This document shows, piece after piece, positions 1 to 7,716 of a stretch of DNA of 32,000 nucleotides. The first letter of the stretch is position 1. The number at the start of each line of letters is the position of its first letter. A program made the translations under genes and the position numbers. Source of the stretch: Promethearchaeum syntrophicum (GTDB lineage: Archaea > Asgardarchaeota > Lokiarchaeia > Sigyniarchaeales > Promethearchaeaceae); NCBI RefSeq assembly GCF_008000775.2, contig NZ_CP042905.2, positions 2,370,001-2,402,000 on the forward strand, written 5' to 3'. The notes beneath the pieces were generated by a model. That model was not told the DNA's origin. It worked only from the letters and a program-made list of their open reading frames with translations, and did no database searches.

Positions 1-135
1 TTAATAATTTCGCTTTTTAGACCTGGTCGAGTAAATTTCTGGGCACTTTGGTATTTAGGGGATTTAATTGAAATATTGGTATATATTATCGCTTTAATTA
101 TTAGAATTGCGATTGAAATTGCTTCCAGTAAATAG
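1..135 (+). CDS. 3' end of a gene that starts upstream of the window; hydrophobic C-terminus
   Basis: Frame 1 is open from base 1 to TAG at 133-135 (...LIISLFRPGRVNFWALWYLGDLIEILVYIIALIIRIAIEIASSK*). It is absent from the ORF track because no start lies inside the window. 44 stop-free codons is long for DNA this AT-rich. Confidence 0.35.
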   Translation, partial: LIISLFRPGRVNFWALWYLGDLIEILVYIIALIIRIAIEIASSK

Positions 136-175
136 AAATAAGAAGTTGGAAAGATAGCGGAAAAAAGTAAAATTT

Positions 176-499
176 TCACTCATTCCGCGATATTCTTGGA
201 AATATCATTAACCCCAATATTACTAAAGCGGTAAAAATCAACCCAATGCTCAAAAATGTGATGGAAATCGGAACTTGTTCGAAAATTCCTATAATTCCTG
301 AAATAAGCGAAAGCATCATAACAGTGACCGATGTAAAAGTATTGATTCTAAGGATTGGAATTCCAGATGCATTTCCACAACAACTGCAGCTCTCACAACA
401 ACTATCACAACAGCCCTGAGCACAATTATCACAACAACTTTGGCAACTATTTTCACAGCTCTCAGTGCAACTCTGGGAGCAATCATCACAACAGCTCAA
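176..499 (-). CDS. Small membrane protein with a cysteine-rich, metallothionein-like N-terminal head
   Basis: 107-aa ORF with a TTG start preceded by GGAG at an 8-nt spacer. Residues 1-41 hold 16 Cys in a C-x3-C / CC rhythm, with only S/D/E/Q/N/T/A/G in between (MSCCDDCSQSCTESCENSCQSCCDNCAQGCCDSCCESCSCC). Two hydrophobic helices follow. Confidence 0.6.
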   Translation of the reverse strand: MSCCDDCSQSCTESCENSCQSCCDNCAQGCCDSCCESCSCCGNASGIPILRINTFTSVTVMMLSLISGIIGIFEQVPISITFLSIGLIFTALVILGLMIFPRISRNE

Positions 500-636
500 A
501 TTAAATCTCCTATCTAAATTAAAAAGATAACTTTACAGTACTAAGTATGGCTTAAAAATGTAGCTTAAATATATCTAATTTGAAATAAAACCTCCAAATA
601 ATTTAAAAAGGAAATTGAAGGATAGTTAGACATCAA

Positions 637-1446
637 ATGGAAGAAAAATCACAGGTTCAAAAAACCAATAAAATGCTTCAAAAAAGTATGATCAGCACTG
701 TCATTTTAGGGGCTTTAGTTCCTTTTACTTTATTTCTTTTATTTTTATATCTGGATTGGTTTCAAGTCCTAAAATTTGACATATCAAGTAGATTTAACTA
801 TTGGAGTATGGTTTTTTTCATTTGTCTAAGTTTTATTTTATTTCTCAGTTTCATACATATTACTGTTCCCATTAAAAACCTTAAAAAGTGCAATAGAGAA
901 AGAAAAAACGTCAATCTAGATAATGATAACAAGGATAACAAAGATTGTGAAGATAGTAAAGAAAAATCAAATTTTAAGAGCGTTTATCTTAAGATAGGTT
1001 GGATTACTCTGAAAACCTCTCATCATAAGCCAGGAAATATTAATCATGAATTAAAAATTGGGGAGCATAATATTTGTTGTGGGTGTTATGGTGGTGCATT
1101 GGGATTAATTATAGGGGAGATTATTGGTTCTCTTTATCTTTTTTATTATAATGAACCAAGTAAAATAATTGGGCTAATCTCCTTTTTTCTTGGAATAATT
1201 CTTATTTTGATCTCATTTGCGAAATATATTTGGGAAGTTTATGATTGGAAGCGGTTATTGTTAAACTCATGCTTGGCATTGGGAACTTGGCTCATTATTA
1301 TCGGGATTAATATATACTTTTTAAATTTTTATTCGGTTCTTTACTATTTCATAGTAGTACCATTTATTGGGATTCAACGTTTAACTCTTTCCAGTTTAGA
1401 TCACCAAGTTAATAAAGAGAATAAAGAAGAATCTAGCCAAGCATAA
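637..1446 (+). CDS. Polytopic membrane protein, DUF2085-like core with an N-terminal 2-TM extension
   Basis: 269 aa with about 6 hydrophobic segments. The central SHHKPGNINHELKIGEHNICCGCYGGALGLIIG resembles the H-x-x-P ... C-x-x-C-x-G-x-Y-x-G signature I remember for DUF2085. The family call is from memory only. Confidence 0.6.
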   Translation: MEEKSQVQKTNKMLQKSMISTVILGALVPFTLFLLFLYLDWFQVLKFDISSRFNYWSMVFFICLSFILFLSFIHITVPIKNLKKCNRERKNVNLDNDNKDNKDCEDSKEKSNFKSVYLKIGWITLKTSHHKPGNINHELKIGEHNICCGCYGGALGLIIGEIIGSLYLFYYNEPSKIIGLISFFLGIILILISFAKYIWEVYDWKRLLLNSCLALGTWLIIIGINIYFLNFYSVLYYFIVVPFIGIQRLTLSSLDHQVNKENKEESSQA

Positions 1447-1477
1447 GCTTTTTATAAATTAAAGTTACTGGTTAAGC

Positions 1478-2200
1478 ATGGATAGTGATCAACCGAGTAT
1501 TAAAATCAAGAAATATATTCGTTTATATAACAATGAGTTTATAAGGGATAAAAAGGATGAAAATAATCCTATATTTTTAAGCTATATAATTATAAATTTT
1601 ATACCTTTTCCAGTAATCTGTATTCTAGCTTTATTGTTTTTCCTTTATCGTGAGGAATTTAGTTTAATTATTGCAGAAGTTATAATAGTAATTATTGGAT
1701 TAATTGTGCTAATCTCATTTTTATTAACTCTATGGTTATCAAGAAAGACTTTTATTAAACTATATTATTTGCAAACAAATTTCTTTGAAAGACTTCGTTA
1801 TGAAAAAATAAAATTCACTTTAGAAAAAGAAAAATTTTCACCTAAATTAGAAATTGAAGTTGATAAATACTCAATAAGTAATCCCACAGTAGAATTTATT
1901 AATCATACCAAGAAAATGTCTGAAAAAATGCGAAAAAAAACAAAAATAGAGAGTAGTTTATGTTGTATTTTCTTTGTTGCATTATTTATAATTGGTATGT
2001 TAGAAGGAAAAATCGATTATAATATATTTTTCTATTTGTTACTATCTTTTATTGTTCCAATAGTATTTTTAGCCTATCTTTGTATAAGTTTTCAATCTGT
2101 TGATTATTTTTTGATGGCAGTGTTAGGAGCGGATATAGAAAGGTGGCATTCTATTCGGTTGTCTGATAAATGGAAGAATAAAGCAAATTATACTGTTTAG
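1478..2200 (+). CDS. Hypothetical membrane protein (about 4 TM)
   Basis: 240-aa ORF, 31 nt after the previous gene on the same strand. It has long hydrophobic stretches and is followed by a T11 tract. I recognise no motif. Confidence 0.65.
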   Translation: MDSDQPSIKIKKYIRLYNNEFIRDKKDENNPIFLSYIIINFIPFPVICILALLFFLYREEFSLIIAEVIIVIIGLIVLISFLLTLWLSRKTFIKLYYLQTNFFERLRYEKIKFTLEKEKFSPKLEIEVDKYSISNPTVEFINHTKKMSEKMRKKTKIESSLCCIFFVALFIIGMLEGKIDYNIFFYLLLSFIVPIVFLAYLCISFQSVDYFLMAVLGADIERWHSIRLSDKWKNKANYTV

Positions 2201-2217
2201 ATTTCCAATTAATGATA

Positions 2218-2228
2218 TTTTTTTTTTT
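2218..2228 (+). terminator. Oligo-T (T11) tract after the 240-aa membrane protein gene
   Basis: 11 consecutive T starting 18 nt after the stop at 2198-2200. Archaeal RNA polymerase terminates at oligo-T runs. Confidence 0.45.
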
Positions 2229-2276
2229 CAAAGAAAGAAATATAGAATAAAAAGAATAATATCAAATTAGAAGGAA

Positions 2277-2903
2277 ATGGAGAAGAACAAAATTACTAAA
2301 GAACAGCAATTTCTAGTATCTAAAGCAAATGAAGAAGATAGTTCAGGTATTCACAAAATTTTAATAAAAAACTTGATAGAAGTGAAAGATGTTAAATCTT
2401 TAACTCCGAAAGAAAAAAAACTCTTGAAAGAACATGGGTTTTTGCGTAAAGAAGTGCCTGAAAGTTATTATCTTGGATTAATTAAAGATTCCGAAGTAGA
2501 TATATACATTGCAAAGAATTTGAAGAATGAGATTATAGGATTTGCAAGCTTTCATTTAAATAAAGCAGATATTAGAAAATTTAGGAGTTCGGTAGAGAAG
2601 ATTGATGCTACTAGCCCAGAAAATTTAGATATACTAACGAATTCAGAAAATAAATTTATCTATCTTGATCAAATTGCTGTGGATCCAAAATACCATCGAA
2701 GCGGAATCGGAAAACTAATATTTCAAAAAGCACTCCAAAATTTTACAAAACCTATCGTATCATTTATTGTTAAAATACCGTTGGATAATCTTGCTTCAGC
2801 AAAATGGCATGAGAGGGTGGGTTTTACTCAAATTGCACAAGTCGAAGGAAATTATAAAGAAACTAAGTTTAATTGGTGCGTTTATCTATTCGAAAAAGAA
2901 TGA
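2277..2903 (+). CDS. GNAT-family N-acetyltransferase
   Basis: 208 aa. The acetyl-CoA-binding motif A is LDQIAVDPKYHRSGIGKLIFQKAL (Q/R-x-x-G-x-G/A), followed by a C-terminal beta-strand region typical of GNAT. Confidence 0.85.
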   Translation: MEKNKITKEQQFLVSKANEEDSSGIHKILIKNLIEVKDVKSLTPKEKKLLKEHGFLRKEVPESYYLGLIKDSEVDIYIAKNLKNEIIGFASFHLNKADIRKFRSSVEKIDATSPENLDILTNSENKFIYLDQIAVDPKYHRSGIGKLIFQKALQNFTKPIVSFIVKIPLDNLASAKWHERVGFTQIAQVEGNYKETKFNWCVYLFEKE

Positions 2904-2952
2904 AAGAATTGCTGTTTTATTATAAATAAGCATAAATTGCTTCTTAGCTACA

Positions 2953-2960
2953 TTTAAAAT
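2953..2960 (+). promoter_or_regulatory. TATA-like box (TTTAAAAT) centred about 26 nt upstream of the M23 peptidase ATG; leaderless geometry
   Basis: TTTAAAAT lies at 2953-2960 and the ATG at 2983. There is no Shine-Dalgarno-like purine run in between. Confidence 0.35.
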
Positions 2961-2982
2961 TATTCAAGATACAGAATTTAAT

Positions 2983-3663
2983 ATGAAGAAAAAAGTGAAA
3001 AATGGGATAATCACCATTTTTTTATTAATAGTTATAGGGGGTGTAGGATTTACCTTATACAAGATAATAAACGACCCTGATTTTGATCCTGGAAATTTAC
3101 TAAATCAATTTGATAATGAGGATAGATATGATGATTCAGTTCTTGATTATATGGGTGTTATTTATGAAAATCAATCCGATATCAATGCAGTGAATGAGGC
3201 ATATTCCAATACAGAAAATTGCCCATGGGGTTTTATTCATGAAGGCTTTGATTACTTTATGAATAATAATACTGCTGTATTAGCTGCAACACCGGGAAAA
3301 GTGTATGATATTGCTTTTACAGATAACGGTGAAGGTGTTGATAATCGATATTACGTTGCGATTTGGATTCGATTCAATGAAACAGTAGAAATTGGTTATA
3401 ATTTTGAGAGTTGGACAACAAATGAATCAAATTGGGAAAATCAAAAAAGCATGATTACTATTCAAGTAGATGATTGGGTTGAACAAGGGCAAGAAATTGG
3501 AAGATTTCTACAAGTTGGGGAAGGGGCTCATATTCACTTTGATGTTATTGAAAATAATGAGCGTCAATGCCATATTAGATATTATTCTCCAGAAGCTTTT
3601 ATAGAAATTATGGAATTAATCCACTTTTATCATAGTGATTGGGATTATTGTTATATCGAATGA
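2983..3663 (+). CDS. Membrane-anchored M23 (LytM/lysostaphin-type) metallopeptidase
   Basis: 226 aa with an N-terminal anchor (IITIFLLIVIGGVGFTLY). It has H-x3-D (HEGFD), AATPGKVYDI, and GQEIG...GAHIHFD (the H-x-H motif), which form the canonical M23 zinc site. Confidence 0.8.
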   Translation: MKKKVKNGIITIFLLIVIGGVGFTLYKIINDPDFDPGNLLNQFDNEDRYDDSVLDYMGVIYENQSDINAVNEAYSNTENCPWGFIHEGFDYFMNNNTAVLAATPGKVYDIAFTDNGEGVDNRYYVAIWIRFNETVEIGYNFESWTTNESNWENQKSMITIQVDDWVEQGQEIGRFLQVGEGAHIHFDVIENNERQCHIRYYSPEAFIEIMELIHFYHSDWDYCYIE

Positions 3664-3678
3664 TTTTTTTTTTTTTTT
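3664..3678 (+). terminator. Oligo-T (T15) tract immediately after the M23 peptidase stop
   Basis: TGA at 3661-3663 is followed directly by 15 T. Confidence 0.5.
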
Positions 3679-3783
3679 CTACAGATTTGATTAAATTTTT
3701 AAGATCATGCAAAAATAACATATTTTTCTTTTCATAATTAAGTATATTGATAAAAAGATGAACAAATAAGCAAAAAAATTTAT

Positions 3784-3796
3784 AAAAAAAAAAAAA
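3784..3796 (-). terminator. Oligo-T (T13 on the minus strand) after the metalloprotease gene
   Basis: An A13 run on the plus strand lies 19 nt beyond the minus-strand stop at 3815-3817. It is convergent with the T15 tract of the M23 gene. Confidence 0.45.
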
Positions 3797-3814
3797 GGAT
3801 TAATTATTCACATT

Positions 3815-6043
3815 TTATGCAGGAATATTATATCCAAGATCAACAGTATAACTAGTTAATTTGGCATTTCGAGATACCATGCGTACTGCAATATAATAAG
3901 TTCCTGCAGTTGGGACATTAAACGAACAAGTTTCAGGATTTGTTCCAGCATTTCCTATTGCAACTGAGTCTGTATAATCAGCAGAATTGCATATATATAA
4001 ATCCAGATTATAATTATTGCTCCACGAAAGAATGGCATCAATCATACCAGGTTGTACATCAATAGCAAAATAGTCAACCTCAAATTTCAGAAGATCTCCT
4101 GTCAACGTTTCTTCAAAATAAACGACATCTCCAGAAACTTCATTATCTACAGTGATTGTTAGGCTATCTTCACCATAATTACCGGCTGCATCATATGCTC
4201 GTACAGTTATTACATGATCACCATTAGGTACAGATTTCGTATCCCAAGTCCATGCGTAAGGAGAAGAAGAATCGGTTGTCCAACTCCCCCCATCAATAGA
4301 GTATTGAGTATAACTCACCCCAATATTATCTGTTGCTGTGGCTTCAATAGAAATGAAATCACTAACAATTGCACCATTTATTGGAGACGTAATACTAACA
4401 ACTGGATCTACAGTATCTGATGGAGTACTTCCTTGTTCAATTGAGAAGGAATAATCAACTAATCCAACATCAGCACTGGAGATCATCAAAACATAACCGT
4501 TGTCAACAAATCCCGCTAAACCAAAGGGACTGGTTGTTGTTTCAGTGGCATCATCTAACGTCAATGTTTCTATTGCTGTATAAGTAGGAACATCGCTAAT
4601 GAGTTCAACAGCGATTAAAGTTACTAAGAAATCGGTTTCTGTGGTTCTTCTTCCACCGGCGGGTGCTCCATCATCTCCATTAAATGAAAACATTGGATCA
4701 TATTCTGATTGAATTTGATTGAATTTCACATAATCAGATCCATAGGACCCCAATTCATACACACCAGTAGGATCTCCTAAATAACTCGAAGTTTCACCGA
4801 AATCAGATCCATATACATCGGAAACAAATGCTTCGTTAATATCATAAATCCGAATTTTATCCGGTTCTAAATCATCGAGATTAAAAGTAGTATAATCATA
4901 TTTTCCCCCGCCAATTGTGTCTGTATGAATTAGATTTGCTATTCGCCAATCATGGTAAACATCATCAAAGGTTTCTGAATATCCAAAATATGTTAACGCT
5001 TGATTAATTCCGGTAATTCCAGGAACGCCATTTTGAACAAAATAACTCAAGAAAGCGGCTCCGCCATAATGATCGGAGAGATAAACAGCCCACATTAAAG
5101 CTGCTCCGTAATCTGCAAGAATATTAATTCCACCTTGATCTTCCCATACGGTTAATGAATTATCAGGAGTTGCAAGATACGCTTCAATATCACCCCAAGC
5201 TACCCCATATCCACAAAGAGGTTCTGCATACATAGAACACCCTTCATTCATAAAAGTATCATCATTAGAATTGTAATCGTCGTGGATTAAATGTTGATAT
5301 TCATGAGCAACTACTCCCTCGTAAAGATTGGGTCGTAGAGCAGTATCACCAATTCTATTTTCCCAATCCATGCAATCAATGGAAATAATATTGCGATCAA
5401 AAGCTTGTTCTAAGACTCCCCAATAAAAACCCACAATATAATAAGGATAGGTTTGGTCGTAGTAATTATCATCACGAATATTGGAAACAAGCATTACAGA
5501 ACGTCCAGTTTCTTCATAGTACGCATCTCCTTGTTGGGCTGAACTTCCATCATGGAAATCAGGTGTACCAAAGTAAGAAGTGTCGATGGGATATATATTA
5601 GTGTCAAATTCATCGATCATATAAGCAACTTGGTCATCAGTTATCACTGGCAAATCTCGATCATCTGGAAAGCTTAAATCGAGAGCTACCCAAATTTCAA
5701 TATTATTTCCAACACCTCGGAGTTCAAAGGGAACAGTAATTGTCCCTGTATTAGAATCATAGCTATACCAATCTACGATATCACCGTCTGCGTAATAGGT
5801 TAAAGGTTCAACAGCGGCAGAACTTGGCACTTCGGAAGAAGCTATAGTCCGATCAGGTGTTGAAACAGCAGGTAAATTTTCCATTGTTCGCGCTCGTATT
5901 TCTGGACCCATATCAATAGGTTCATATGCAGAATAGTCAAACTGTTTATTTTGATTTTTTTGCAATGCTACCCCGAATGTAAGGATACTTGAAAAAACTA
6001 TAACGAAAACTAATGAGAAAATTATAGATTTATTCTTTTTCAT
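3815..6043 (-). CDS. Secreted zinc metalloprotease (gluzincin-type HExxH...NEG; M30/M9-like) with Ig-like and pre-peptidase C-terminal (PPC)-like domains
   Basis: 742 aa with a signal-like N-terminus (MKKNKSIIFSLVFVIVFSSILTFGVALQ). VVAH247EYQH251 is followed 15 residues later by NE267G. The C-terminal part has PVVSITSPINGAIV...DHVITVRAYDAAGNYGEDSLTITV (Ig-like) and then DYFAIDVQPG...AGTYYIAVRMVS (PPC-like). The family number is uncertain. Confidence 0.85.
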   Translation of the reverse strand: MKKNKSIIFSLVFVIVFSSILTFGVALQKNQNKQFDYSAYEPIDMGPEIRARTMENLPAVSTPDRTIASSEVPSSAAVEPLTYYADGDIVDWYSYDSNTGTITVPFELRGVGNNIEIWVALDLSFPDDRDLPVITDDQVAYMIDEFDTNIYPIDTSYFGTPDFHDGSSAQQGDAYYEETGRSVMLVSNIRDDNYYDQTYPYYIVGFYWGVLEQAFDRNIISIDCMDWENRIGDTALRPNLYEGVVAHEYQHLIHDDYNSNDDTFMNEGCSMYAEPLCGYGVAWGDIEAYLATPDNSLTVWEDQGGINILADYGAALMWAVYLSDHYGGAAFLSYFVQNGVPGITGINQALTYFGYSETFDDVYHDWRIANLIHTDTIGGGKYDYTTFNLDDLEPDKIRIYDINEAFVSDVYGSDFGETSSYLGDPTGVYELGSYGSDYVKFNQIQSEYDPMFSFNGDDGAPAGGRRTTETDFLVTLIAVELISDVPTYTAIETLTLDDATETTTSPFGLAGFVDNGYVLMISSADVGLVDYSFSIEQGSTPSDTVDPVVSITSPINGAIVSDFISIEATATDNIGVSYTQYSIDGGSWTTDSSSPYAWTWDTKSVPNGDHVITVRAYDAAGNYGEDSLTITVDNEVSGDVVYFEETLTGDLLKFEVDYFAIDVQPGMIDAILSWSNNYNLDLYICNSADYTDSVAIGNAGTNPETCSFNVPTAGTYYIAVRMVSRNAKLTSYTVDLGYNIPA

Positions 6044-6226
6044 AGTTTACCACAAATATGTAATATATAATCACTTTAAAAAAATGATTAAGTTGTTTTT
6101 GTTCATTTTGGTTATAAATGTTGTTAATATTTTTTCTATTATTATAAATAGGAAAAAAAAATTCCCACTTTTGTATTAAAAAAAGTAAAATAAGAAATTT
6201 AAAAAAAATCATTTGGGATTATTACG

Positions 6227-6472
6227 TCATTGCATTTTTTTGAGAACCCATAATATTATCACTGATATAATAAGTGAAACTCCCACAAATATGGTCCCGT
6301 ACAATGGATCAAATGCATCAACAGCATAAAATAGTGTGATAAGTTGAGCTACCAATCCGATTACAAAAACTAATTGCAAGTTTTTTAGGAAATTATTTTC
6401 CTGTTCATCCATTTTCACTCTAATGGAATCCCGTTCTCGAGTAAGTAATTTTCTAATTTCCTTAATCAACAA
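6227..6472 (-). CDS. Small hypothetical membrane protein (2 TM)
   Basis: 81-aa ORF (TTG start; an internal ATG at residue 21 is an alternative). It lies 12 nt downstream of the 153-aa ORF on the same strand and has two hydrophobic helices. Confidence 0.45.
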   Translation of the reverse strand: MLIKEIRKLLTRERDSIRVKMDEQENNFLKNLQLVFVIGLVAQLITLFYAVDAFDPLYGTIFVGVSLIISVIILWVLKKMQ

Positions 6473-6484
6473 TAAGAGATTCTC

Positions 6485-6946
6485 TTAGAACTCCCATCCG
6501 TGGAGAATTTTAACCATTTGTTTAAATAAACGCGTTTTAAAAACGGAAGTAAAAATTAATCTGGGCGTTCTTGAGACTTGTAGATCTTTATAAATTTTGA
6601 GGACCACAATATTAATTTCTTCATCAATTTTTTCCAATTTATCTGAGCGAGTAGACATACCTAAAGCATATTTAAAGTATTTTCCTTCAATATCAAATTC
6701 TTTTTTATCAATTTCAGAGCTAGTTTCCCACCAAATCCAGTTATGATGCCAAGGAGATGCTTTTTCACCGTATGTTTTCTTTTCGCTACAATTATTTGTT
6801 TCCTGAAAATTTACAAATTCGGATTCGAAATTATCTAATCCGTCTTTCATATTTAATCCATTTGATAGTAGAATGTTTGTTGGATAAGAAGAGAAAATTA
6901 AATCATCAATACTCATAAAATCAGAGAAATCCAATCTTGCTTGCAT
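6485..6946 (-). CDS. Hypothetical protein, no recognisable motif
   Basis: 153-aa ORF whose ATG is preceded by GGAG at an 8-nt spacer. An AT-rich TATA-like stretch (TTTAAAAATATATAAAAATA on the minus strand) lies about 80 nt upstream. There is a Trp-rich patch, SPWHHNWIWWETS. Confidence 0.6.
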   Translation of the reverse strand: MQARLDFSDFMSIDDLIFSSYPTNILLSNGLNMKDGLDNFESEFVNFQETNNCSEKKTYGEKASPWHHNWIWWETSSEIDKKEFDIEGKYFKYALGMSTRSDKLEKIDEEINIVVLKIYKDLQVSRTPRLIFTSVFKTRLFKQMVKILHGWEF

Positions 6947-7269
6947 TACAACTACTCCTTCTGGAAATACTTGTGCCTCAATTTCAATTTTCCCTTTGAT
7001 TTGAGGATTATCCTTTCCAATAAAGCTATTTTTATATATTTTTAAACATATGGGTAAAAATTAGTGCCCGGTAGTTGCAATCCATTTAAGAGGTATCAGA
7101 TTTCCTTCGGAATTTCTAAATTCCTAATTTTCCTTAACTCTTCTACTATAATTATCACTTTCCAAAAATAGATTTTTCATTTCTTCCGAAGAAAAGTTAA
7201 AGCAAGAGTCATAAAGTTTCCAAAAAACTAAAGTTGTTTTAAATTTAATATTTTCATTTTCAAGCTTAT

Positions 7270-7425
7270 ATGATCACCAAGGCTTTCGAAGATGATGTAA
7301 TAATATGCACTTTTAATAATAAAAAGCTATATGCACAAAAATGTAATTTGAAGATTTATTTTTTCCGTTCAAAAAATTATTCTGAAAAATTAACCAAAAA
7401 ACAAAAAAAAAAACTAACGACTTAA
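7270..7425 (+). CDS. Possible 51-aa mini-protein (below the ORF-track threshold)
   Basis: ATG at 7270 to TAA at 7423-7425: MITKAFEDDVIICTFNNKKLYAQKCNLKIYFFRSKNYSEKLTKKQKKKLTT. An AT-rich TATA-like stretch lies about 20-30 nt upstream. Its Lys-rich tail is encoded by the same A11 run that reads as a terminator for the opposite strand, so only one reading may be real. Confidence 0.2.
   Translation: MITKAFEDDVIICTFNNKKLYAQKCNLKIYFFRSKNYSEKLTKKQKKKLTT
7403..7413 (-). terminator. Oligo-T (T11 on the minus strand) abutting the stop of the start-less frame 7414-7716
   Basis: An A11 run on the plus strand lies immediately beyond the minus-strand TAG at 7414-7416. Confidence 0.4.
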
Positions 7426-7716
7426 AGTGAAGATACTTTGAGATTTTGTGAGTGTTTCTATTAGAGAATTAATTGTATCGTCAACAAATTCAATATTTAT
7501 TGTCTCTAAACGTTTTTTCAATCCATTTTTTAAAACAAACACTGTATCATTATAGTTTATTTGGTTATAATTTAATTTGTGTTGAAATCCATTATCATTA
7601 AATGCAATTCTAATTAAACCTTTACACGCCAGATAGGGTCTATGTGTTAATTCGGAAAGAGAATGACCTAAAACATTGATTATTTCACTAATTTTGATCC
7701 CCCTCCAACATTTGGT
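7414..7716 (-). pseudogene. Start-less 100-codon frame, +1 relative to the 7-TM gene; probable detached C-terminal domain (frameshift, sequencing indel or recoding)
   Basis: Hand translation gives TKCWRGIKISEIINVLGHSLSELTHRPYLACKGLIRIAFNDNGFQHKLNYNQINYNDTVFVLKNGLKKRLETINIEFVDDTINSLIETLTKSQSIFTLSR*. No ATG/GTG/TTG occurs in the first 58 codons. It overlaps the end of ORF 7688-8491 across a G5 run (plus-strand C5 at 7699-7703) and ends at a T11 tract. Confidence 0.45.

Noticed and set aside
355-499. Recurrent ATCACAACA / CACAACAAC strings, which looked like a DNA tandem repeat or microsatellite
   Set aside because: The periodicity is imperfect and is fully explained by repeated Cys(TGT)-Cys/Asp/Ser codons of the Cys-rich ORF on the minus strand.
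4214-4420. 68-aa plus-strand ORF inside the metalloprotease gene
   Set aside because: It is fully antisense to a well-supported 742-aa CDS. It is Arg/Cys/Ile-rich nonsense composition with no start context.
6030-6212. 60-aa minus-strand ORF overlapping the metalloprotease start and its promoter region
   Set aside because: It is Phe/Ile/Asn/Lys low-complexity sequence typical of translated AT-rich intergenic DNA, and it overlaps the 5' end of a real gene.
7109-7124. Exact palindrome GGAATTTCTAAATTCC as a stand-alone regulatory site or RNA hairpin
   Set aside because: It is only 16 bp in very AT-rich DNA and has no second copy in the window. It lies about 75 nt upstream of the nearest TATA-like stretch. 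I kept it only as a detail of the ORF-poor-gap finding.
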